DNA from: Burkholderiales bacterium
GTDB lineage: Bacteria > Pseudomonadota > Gammaproteobacteria > Burkholderiales > JBBRTU01
Assembly: GCA_038244115.1 (NCBI GenBank)
Contig: JBBRTU010000003.1
Span: 71,647-135,646 of the forward strand
DNA length: 64,000 bases
Reading direction: 5' to 3'
Each line of letters begins with the position of its first letter. The first letter of the stretch is position 1. The notes beneath the pieces are model-generated. The model had not been told where the DNA came from. It saw only the letters and a program-made list of their open reading frames with translations, and ran no database searches. Made by a program: the position numbers and the translations under genes. Shown piece by piece: positions 56,761 through 64,000 of this stretch.

Positions 56761-57759
56761 GTGCTTAACCCCAAAATTCTTATTATCCGACGAGATAATA
56801 TCGGTGATCTGATTTGCACTACGCCTCTTATTCAGGCTTTAAGACATCAATTGCCCTCTGCATGGATTGCCGCACTGGTCAATCGCTACAATGAACCGGT
56901 TCTGGCTGGCAACCCCGATGTAAACAAAATTTATTCCTACCAAAAAGCCAAGCACCGTGGTTCTGAAGAAACCGTTCTGAGCATATACTGGCAGCGGCTT
57001 AAAATGCTGGCCGACTTACGCCGCCAACATTTCGACTGGGTGCTCTTGCCAGGCGGCCCACAGGCCAGTGCGCTTAGATTCGCCAAGTTGATTGCCGCCA
57101 AACACACGCTCATACGCGGCCTGGCAGATGCGACGGCGGGTGCGCACGAAGTCGAGCAGACGTGTCATCTCCTGACAAGGATGGGATTGCACTATGAAAC
57201 ACCTAAATGTCGCATCATAGCGAACCAGGAAATAATCAAGGTCACCGCTACCCAAGTGCGCTCACATTTAGGCTGGACACCGACCCGTATCATCGGCATT
57301 CACATTAGCGCACGGAAACCATCCCAACGCTGGCCTGCGGAACGATTTATTGAATTGATACAAAACTTCCCAACTCCACCTGGCACTGCTTTCCTATTGC
57401 TATGGGCACCTGGTTCCGCCTCCGACCCCAAGCATCCAGGTGATGATGAAAAGGCTGCGACCATCCGTTCGCAGCTAACCGCTTACCCAGTAGTTCCAGT
57501 TCCCACAAAGAAGCTTGATGAGTTAATCGGGGCGCTTGCTCTGTGCGATAATGTTGTCTGCGCTGACGGTGGAGCAATGCATATTGCTGCCGCCCTCGGA
57601 AAACCCATTGTTTGTCTGTTTGGGCAATCATCTGCCGACCAATGGCGGCCATGGGGAGTACCTTATGCGCTACTGCAAAAAGATAGCCATCAAGTAGCGG
57701 ATATCTCAGTTGAGGAAGTCTTGCATAGCATCAAAACTCTAATTTCAGCACCATGTTAA
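56761..57759 (+). CDS. GT9 glycosyltransferase
   Basis: IRRDNIGDLICTTP; HISARKPSQRW; DGGAMH; LFG. Confidence 0.87.
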   Translation: MLNPKILIIRRDNIGDLICTTPLIQALRHQLPSAWIAALVNRYNEPVLAGNPDVNKIYSYQKAKHRGSEETVLSIYWQRLKMLADLRRQHFDWVLLPGGPQASALRFAKLIAAKHTLIRGLADATAGAHEVEQTCHLLTRMGLHYETPKCRIIANQEIIKVTATQVRSHLGWTPTRIIGIHISARKPSQRWPAERFIELIQNFPTPPGTAFLLLWAPGSASDPKHPGDDEKAATIRSQLTAYPVVPVPTKKLDELIGALALCDNVVCADGGAMHIAAALGKPIVCLFGQSSADQWRPWGVPYALLQKDSHQVADISVEEVLHSIKTLISAPC

Positions 57760-59021
57760 AAAATCCTCTTAACAATAAACCTTCACACTTACTGGAAACA
57801 ATAGGGTGGATACTCCTTTCCGCCTACGTCATGGTTCTACCCATCGGCCACACAGTTGCATTACGCAACCTGCTGTTTTTTTCCTTGATAGCCATAACCA
57901 TATGGCTAGCCCTGCGCAGCAGAATTCAAATTTCCGTGCCTATTGTCAAACCTTGGCTACTCTATGCTGCAATAGCATTCATTTCACTTACCTACGCAAT
58001 TGATCCTTGGTATTCGCTTGGTGAAATAAAAACGGAAATCGGATTTGGGTTTATGGCAATGGTATTGGGAGCAACCTGGGTCAGGACACCTGCGCAACTT
58101 TCCCGGTTGATGTGGGTTGTCATCGCTTGCAATGTATTTCTTGTCGCCGGTTCTTTGTATTATGCCTTGCCGGTACTTGCTCAAACCAACATGCCCCTGA
58201 TCGGCAGCTTTAATATTGGCATAGGCAAGCTTAGCACTTATATCATAATGGCATTACCATTCATTGCCGCCCAATGGGCTCAACTACCGGAACGGCATCG
58301 CGGATTTAAGAGACTGCTCTTGGGCTTGATTGTGGGAAACATCGTTTCCCTTTATTTCACCGGCAATCGCGCCGGCCTAGTAGCGCTTATTGTGGAAATT
58401 GCCGTGCTGGCAACCCTTCTTCTGAAATATCACATCCTCTCGCATACTGGAAAAAGAATGGCGGCTTTCCTCCCGCTATTCATTCTATTGCTGGCCGCTG
58501 TATCGTTAGGTATTCTCGAGATCAAACAAATGGGCAACCGGGCCTCCTCAGCAACTACAGATATCTCCGCAGCGATATCCGCCGACGCGCGTTGGGAAGT
58601 ATGGGGCTTTGCGGCAAAAAATATTCAATCCCGCCCGCTCACTGGCGGCGGCTTTGGGTTGCACGCATTCAAATTGCTCAACCCTCGCTACCAAAAAGAC
58701 AATCCTAAACATAATACTCAGCTATGGCATGCCCACAACACTCTGCTGAATATTGGTGTGCAGATGGGACTTCCTGGCATGATCGCTTTCATCATTTTGA
58801 TAGCTACGGCATTGTTGCAGGTAAGCGTGCCTCTCAGGAAAACACATGGGCAGAGAAAAGTCTTAGTGTATTCCGCAACAACCATAATCATGTTCGTAGG
58901 CCTCGCCATCAAACTGCAAACCGACGATTATTTCAACCGCGATATCGCTCTTTTCTTCTGGCTAATTGTTGGTGCACTCACATTCACAATGGCCAACCCC
59001 AACACTGAAATCCAATATTAA
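57753..59021 (+). CDS. waaL: O-antigen ligase
   Basis: Multi-TM; TGNRAG; R..W; PLTGGGFG; HAHN; QMGLPG. Confidence 0.85.
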   Translation: MLKNPLNNKPSHLLETIGWILLSAYVMVLPIGHTVALRNLLFFSLIAITIWLALRSRIQISVPIVKPWLLYAAIAFISLTYAIDPWYSLGEIKTEIGFGFMAMVLGATWVRTPAQLSRLMWVVIACNVFLVAGSLYYALPVLAQTNMPLIGSFNIGIGKLSTYIIMALPFIAAQWAQLPERHRGFKRLLLGLIVGNIVSLYFTGNRAGLVALIVEIAVLATLLLKYHILSHTGKRMAAFLPLFILLLAAVSLGILEIKQMGNRASSATTDISAAISADARWEVWGFAAKNIQSRPLTGGGFGLHAFKLLNPRYQKDNPKHNTQLWHAHNTLLNIGVQMGLPGMIAFIILIATALLQVSVPLRKTHGQRKVLVYSATTIIMFVGLAIKLQTDDYFNRDIALFFWLIVGALTFTMANPNTEIQY

Positions 59022-59881
59022 TGTTCGGCCTTTCTAAACATATTATGCAGGAAAACCAAGAATACTGTCCCCAAAAAACCTGCCAAAGCAGCTAGAAAAA
59101 CCACCAATCCTTTTCTTGGCGACACAGGCTGGTCGCTAACATCAATATTGCCTCTCAACCCCGTCGAAAAAGTTCGGGATGGGATCAACTGTTCTTCAAG
59201 TACACGCTTGTTTGTTTCCATTTCACGAATCCCTGTTACTTTCTGCTGATAGAGCATGAGATAAAGTACTGTCCCAGTATCACTCACTTTACCAAGAGCT
59301 AACCTCTGTTCTAACTCTTTCATGGCTGTTTTCTCGCTCTGCATATTTTTTTCAAGCGCCACAAGCTGCATTTTCATACTGTTAACACTGGCTGCCGCCA
59401 ATTCGTCATGCATTGCTCGTAGCTGATCCACTGTTGCAAGCGCCCATTTTTCTGCCAACTCGCTCGAATAAGCTCTGAGCTTAATTTCGATTAGATCTGT
59501 ATCTGGAATTTGTTTGGCTTTGAAACTGTTTTTATAAAGCAATTGCTCCGGCAATCCCGCCGAGGGTTTTATAACTCCCACTGATCGGCTGAATAGTTTA
59601 TGCATAAAAACTTGACTATTCAGCCGTGCCACTACACGTGAAATTGGCTCAACCAACTGTGGTCCAACCTGGCCAACCTGGCCAACCTGACCAACCTGAC
59701 CAACCTGAATAAAAGCAGAAGCTTCCCAAACAGACCGCATCTGAGTCACGACCACCAGCGCAACAACCATGCAAATAACCGGTACGGCCAAAAGCAATAT
59801 TCTATACCGTCCCAACACATGGAATATATCCGTCAAGCTAATTTCATCGTTAGCTGTTGCATGCTGCATCTGCTCCGACAT
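59018..59881 (-). CDS. wzz: O-antigen chain-length determinant (Wzz family)
   Basis: DEISL..IF N-terminus; two TMs; coiled coil; PVSPRK before TM2. Confidence 0.8.
   Translation of the reverse strand: MSEQMQHATANDEISLTDIFHVLGRYRILLLAVPVICMVVALVVVTQMRSVWEASAFIQVGQVGQVGQVGQVGPQLVEPISRVVARLNSQVFMHKLFSRSVGVIKPSAGLPEQLLYKNSFKAKQIPDTDLIEIKLRAYSSELAEKWALATVDQLRAMHDELAAASVNSMKMQLVALEKNMQSEKTAMKELEQRLALGKVSDTGTVLYLMLYQQKVTGIREMETNKRVLEEQLIPSRTFSTGLRGNIDVSDQPVSPRKGLVVFLAALAGFLGTVFLVFLHNMFRKAEH
59664..59708 (-). repeat. 9-bp tandem repeat x5 encoding QVG in wzz
   Basis: ccaacctgg x2 + ccaacctga x3 on the + strand. Confidence 0.9.
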
Positions 59882-59925
59882 ATATCTTTCCCTTATTTCA
59901 TCCTGAAAAACCCGTTGACCATTTA

Positions 59926-61836
59926 TTACTTATTCAATAATACCTTCCAAACATGGTCACTGATCCCGCATTGAGGCTGATAACCTTCTACCGCCTCCAA
60001 CAATATCTGCCTGACCTCCTGATATGCAAACTGGTGACAAGCCTGATCAAGCTTGCCCAGGAGTTTTTGCAGCACCGCCCACGGCAACTCGGTCTCTTCC
60101 GCCCGCATGATCAATGGATGCTCCGTTCCGGATACATTTTCACCGATAAGCAACTCTTCAAAGAGTTTCTCACCGGGTCGCAAACCCATAAACCTGATGG
60201 CGATATCGCCATCAGGATGTGCTTCATCGCGTACCTCGAGGCCGCTCAAATGTATCATCCTGTGGGCGAGGGCAAGAATTTTAACAGGGTTGCCCATATC
60301 GAGCACAAAAACATCCCCGCCCAGCCCCATGGAACCTGCCTGCAACACTAACTGCGCCGCTTCGGGAATAGTCATGAAATAACGAACAATTTCCGGGTGG
60401 GTCACCGTGATCGGCCCGCCCCCTTGAATCTGTTTTCTGAACAGTGGTACAACAGAACCGGACGAGCCCAGCACATTTCCAAAGCGCACCATGCAAAACC
60501 GCGTCGGCCCACCCTGACGCGCCAGCCCCTGCAAGATCAACTCCGCAAAACGCTTGCTTGCCCCCATTACATTGGTAGGCCGTACAGCTTTATCGGTCGA
60601 GATCAGCACAAATGTTTCGACACCCGCGCTCCGCGCTGCTTCCGCAACATGCCATGTACCGAAGACATTATTGCGTACCCCTTCGATCGGATTATGCTCG
60701 ACCAGCGGTACATGTTTATAGGCGGCCGCATGATAAATCGTCTGAATTTCGAAGCTACGCAAAACAGCCTCAACCCGATGCCGATGCGTAACCGACCCCA
60801 GTATTGAAATCACTTCCACATCGCTGCTGGCCTTGGTATTAATCGCATTCAGTTCTTGTTCGATCTGATACAAGGCAAGCTCAGATGATTCAAACAGTAC
60901 CACCCGCTTGGGCTCTTGCAACAAAATCTGACGGCAAAGCTCCGACCCGATAGAACCCCCCGCACCCGTCACCATTACCGCTTTGCCCTGAATACACCTG
61001 GAAAGCAACTGGGGGGCCGGTGGCACAGAATCTCTGCCAAGTAAGTCTTCGATTCCCACATCCCTGATCTCGTCAATCTTGGCTTTGCCACTTACTAAAT
61101 CGACGATGCCCGGGATTGTTTTTATGGATACGCGGAAGTCCTCAATTTGCCGAATAATTTCCTGGCGACGCTTGCGGGAGATAGATGGCAGCGCTAACAA
61201 AACCGTAGAAAATTCCTCTTCCTCTAAAACTTCAGAAAAATCGTCTGGTGAATAAACGGGGATACCGCTAATCTCACATCCATGAAGATCGTGTTTTTCG
61301 TCAAAAAAAGCCACTGGCAAAAAATTTCGCAACGTGTGCTGTAATGTCGCGGCTAATTGCACCCCGGCCTGACCCGCGCCATAAATCGCAACCCGCGTTC
61401 TTACCGCCCCGGTAATATTAAATTCAAGCCGTCTAATATAGGCCCGGGCAAGCAACCTGCTACCCCCGATATAGAGCAGCGCGATCAGCCAATAAATAAT
61501 ATACGAGGACCGTGGAACTCCTTCGACGCGGACAAGGGCAACAAGCGCCACCAGCAGCAGGACGGCGAGCGTAACCCCCCAAAAAATCGCAAAAATAACC
61601 TTATCGTCCATGTACCGGACAACGGCCCGGTATAAGTTGATTTTAATAAAAATCGGGATAGCTATCACGGGCGCCGCCAATAGCACCCACCACAAATTGA
61701 TCAGATTGGGGGACCAGCTTCCCAGCCGTAGCGCGATAGCAGACCAAAGCGCCATGGGCAACAACACCAAGTCAGACGCCAGCATAATAAAGCGCTTCGA
61801 TTTTCTAGGTAATTTTGTGAGGAGGTTATTGTGCAT
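59926..61836 (-). CDS. wbpM: Membrane-bound UDP-GlcNAc 4,6-dehydratase (WbpM/PglF/CapD family)
   Basis: IEDLLGR; TGAGGSIGSELCRQ; HAAAYKHVP; STDKAVRPTNVMGASK; RFGNVLGSSGSV. Confidence 0.9.
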   Translation of the reverse strand: MHNNLLTKLPRKSKRFIMLASDLVLLPMALWSAIALRLGSWSPNLINLWWVLLAAPVIAIPIFIKINLYRAVVRYMDDKVIFAIFWGVTLAVLLLVALVALVRVEGVPRSSYIIYWLIALLYIGGSRLLARAYIRRLEFNITGAVRTRVAIYGAGQAGVQLAATLQHTLRNFLPVAFFDEKHDLHGCEISGIPVYSPDDFSEVLEEEEFSTVLLALPSISRKRRQEIIRQIEDFRVSIKTIPGIVDLVSGKAKIDEIRDVGIEDLLGRDSVPPAPQLLSRCIQGKAVMVTGAGGSIGSELCRQILLQEPKRVVLFESSELALYQIEQELNAINTKASSDVEVISILGSVTHRHRVEAVLRSFEIQTIYHAAAYKHVPLVEHNPIEGVRNNVFGTWHVAEAARSAGVETFVLISTDKAVRPTNVMGASKRFAELILQGLARQGGPTRFCMVRFGNVLGSSGSVVPLFRKQIQGGGPITVTHPEIVRYFMTIPEAAQLVLQAGSMGLGGDVFVLDMGNPVKILALAHRMIHLSGLEVRDEAHPDGDIAIRFMGLRPGEKLFEELLIGENVSGTEHPLIMRAEETELPWAVLQKLLGKLDQACHQFAYQEVRQILLEAVEGYQPQCGISDHVWKVLLNK

Positions 61837-61946
61837 CCTGCTCTATCCTGTTTCATTAACTGGCAAACAACTATCATCAACACACGAAATTCGGGCAAAC
61901 TTTTTCATACAACGATTGGCGATAACGCCCCTTGAGAAATTGGCGC

Positions 61947-62678
61947 TTAGGTCACACCACGTCTCGAATCAATCAACTTTCGGATATTTCTTTGCAGCCG
62001 GGTAATTAATAAAAACAATATGGGCTGCAAATAAAAAAGGGTAACCATACCGAAGCCGCTTGCACCATAGAGTATGTCCTTTTTCCCCTCATGATAAGCA
62101 CGGAATGTGGCAGCAGACAGCTTACCCGCCTCGTCAGAATCACTTTCGGGAGCGATCACTTTTCCCACCCGGACAACAAACACGTTCAATCTTCGATTCC
62201 TTTCCTGCATCCGGGCCAGCGAGCTCTCCTGCAACAGCTTCAAGGAGCTGTATATTGTGCGGTTTGGGCTTTTGACGAGAGTCAGCACTGTAGAAACGAA
62301 AACGACATGTAGCGGATTGAGCTGCGTTGCAAGAATATTCTCAACGATCCGAATCGGCCCCAAGAGATCGGCCTCGACGTAGGACGGAATTTTGTCCGCA
62401 TCGATCTGATCGTCCCGCAATCTCGAGGTTGCGGATACCGCATTAATTAGTAGGTCGATTGGCACCAGTTCAGTCACCGCTGCAGAGATACCGTCCCATC
62501 CTGAGCTATCTGGGCTGATGACATCAACCCTAACAGCGCCACTGGCATTGCATCGCTCCACCGCTTGCTGCAAGCGCCTAAGATCCCGCCCAATCAGCAC
62601 CAGATGATTCCCAGACGAAAAGGCTGCGGCCAATTCCATTCCGATTCGGGAAGACGCGCCAAGAAGCACGATTTTCAT
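61947..62678 (-). CDS. SDR-family oxidoreductase
   Basis: LLGASSRIG Rossmann motif; YSSLK catalytic YxxxK. Confidence 0.75.
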   Translation of the reverse strand: MKIVLLGASSRIGMELAAAFSSGNHLVLIGRDLRRLQQAVERCNASGAVRVDVISPDSSGWDGISAAVTELVPIDLLINAVSATSRLRDDQIDADKIPSYVEADLLGPIRIVENILATQLNPLHVVFVSTVLTLVKSPNRTIYSSLKLLQESSLARMQERNRRLNVFVVRVGKVIAPESDSDEAGKLSAATFRAYHEGKKDILYGASGFGMVTLFYLQPILFLLITRLQRNIRKLIDSRRGVT

Positions 62679-62684
62679 GAGAGA

Positions 62685-63353
62685 TCAGTCTGTTTTAATC
62701 GAGTGCAGCATTAACTGACGTGCAGCCTCGATGGAAAGTGGTTTCCTGAACAAAATCATGCGCACGGTATGCCATGCAATGAGAAAATCGCACTTGAGGA
62801 CATTTCCATTCCGGTACAACGCGGAATAGAGTCGTTCCAATTCGATGCGTTCTTCCGGCTGCTGTTGCATCTTGCCCACAACCTGCGTAATCCCGGTAAT
62901 GCCGGCCGGACTGCCAAACCGTTCCTCCCATCCATCAAATTTTTTCAGAAGCTCGATGTTTTCCCTGGGCAGGGGACGATTCCCTATCAAACTAACCCCG
63001 TGAAAAATAACATTGAACAATTGCAAAATCTCTACCAATTGGGTTTTTTCAAGCAGTCTGCCAATAGGGGTATAGACCTCACAATCCAAAGGAATATCCA
63101 GGTAACCATCCCGCATAAAGCGCTCGTTCAACCGGTACTTGGGCGATTTTGCATCTTTGACCATGGTCCTGAATTTGTATATCGAAATGTTGCGGTTCAG
63201 GGAGATAAAGCGCTTGGAAATATAAAAGATCGGCCATCCTTCTAGAACGAGGATCAACAACCCCACCAGCACCAGCAATGGAGAAATCAGGATCAACAGC
63301 AGGGAGGCAACCGTGACATCAAGTATTCTTTTAAGGGTGTGAGACAAACTCAT
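62685..63353 (-). CDS. Bacterial sugar transferase (initiating phosphoglycosyltransferase)
   Basis: LKRILD; YKFRTM; TPIGRLL; SLIGNRP; GITGITQV. Confidence 0.85.
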   Translation of the reverse strand: MSLSHTLKRILDVTVASLLLILISPLLVLVGLLILVLEGWPIFYISKRFISLNRNISIYKFRTMVKDAKSPKYRLNERFMRDGYLDIPLDCEVYTPIGRLLEKTQLVEILQLFNVIFHGVSLIGNRPLPRENIELLKKFDGWEERFGSPAGITGITQVVGKMQQQPEERIELERLYSALYRNGNVLKCDFLIAWHTVRMILFRKPLSIEAARQLMLHSIKTD

Positions 63354-63441
63354 GTGCCGATTTAAACCAATCTATATAGAAAGTTACGGATTATACGCGG
63401 TTACCCGCAATTCTAAGAACCAATCGGACATCGCGAGACCA

Positions 63442-64000
63442 TTAATGCCGGGAAAAATCTGTGTATTCGTTCAAAACGAGGCGGTTGACGGCGGCAGAAT
63501 CGAACAGCGCCCGAGCCCGTGCCTGCGCCGCCAACCCCAGTTCTCGCCTTAACTGTGGATTGCCCAGCAAGCGGGCCAACGCTTCTGCAAGCGCGTTCGC
63601 ATCTTTGGGGGGCACCAACAAACCCGTCTCGTTTTCAACCACCGAATCCACGATACCGACCACCCGGGTTGCGACCGTCGGCACACCCATGGCGGCCGCC
63701 TCCACCACCACACTGCCGAACCCTTCCCGATAACTTGGCAAACAAAATATGTCCGTAGCCGCCAAGTATTTTTCCGGCGTATCGGTGTAACCAACTATCC
63801 GAATATGTGGGTTCTGCTCCAGATTATTTTTAGTAGTCTCCGGCAAATGGCTGTCCGATTCAACCGGTCCGATAAGCAATAGGAATATGTTATCAAAACC
63901 CTTTTGCGACAGTAGGTTGAAAGCCGTCACCAATTCTACGATACCTTTTTCCCGTGTGATGCGCCCGATGAAAACGATCACCAGTGCGTCAATAGGGATT
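63442..64000 (-). CDS. GT4 glycosyltransferase, partial (starts beyond the window)
   Basis: FIGRITREKG; PSYREGFGSVVVEA. Confidence 0.85.
   Translation of the reverse strand, partial: IPIDALVIVFIGRITREKGIVELVTAFNLLSQKGFDNIFLLLIGPVESDSHLPETTKNNLEQNPHIRIVGYTDTPEKYLAATDIFCLPSYREGFGSVVVEAAAMGVPTVATRVVGIVDSVVENETGLLVPPKDANALAEALARLLGNPQLRRELGLAAQARARALFDSAAVNRLVLNEYTDFSRH

Overview
This 64-kb window looks like the chromosome of a betaproteobacterium, probably a sulfur oxidiser; this is inferred from gene content (TcDH, SoxW-like), not from a marker gene. It has six blocks. (1) 1-8.3 kb: a Fap-like functional-amyloid/fibre secretion locus with a >1200-aa Gly/Ser/Thr/Ala subunit that starts upstream of the window, two small Fap-motif proteins, a C39 peptidase, an oppositely oriented FapF-like barrel and a VpsR-like sigma54 activator. 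The giant subunit appears to be a small Fap-type domain with a ~987-aa glycine-rich insert whose motifs are mirror-ordered around a central PPAP turn, which suggests a giant hairpin. (2) 8.6-15.6 kb: tatD, decayed gene relics, ion transporters and tcdA. (3) 15.7-33 kb: a sigma54-controlled copper/thiocyanate island with 2 MFPs + RND pump, a sensor kinase/response regulator, DUF302, SodC, a Cys-less thioredoxin-like protein, a thiocyanate dehydrogenase (TcDH) homolog, a pentapeptide protein, an uncharacterised MotA/TolQ/ExbB triad and a Cys-motif outer-membrane barrel. (4) 33-37.5 kb: FKBP, a palindrome-flanked DUF559 gene, SoxW-like, ubiX. (5) 37.5-43.5 kb: a cobalamin riboswitch carrying a MITE-like insertion, btuB/F/C/D-like genes and a leaderless TA-like pair. 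(6) 43.6-64 kb: an LPS core cluster (GT9/GT4/GT2, msbA, amidotransferase, methyltransferases, waaL) converging on the end of an O-antigen cluster. I saw no rRNA, tRNA, CRISPR array, integrase or transposase. All family calls come from motif recognition by eye and have not been database-verified.
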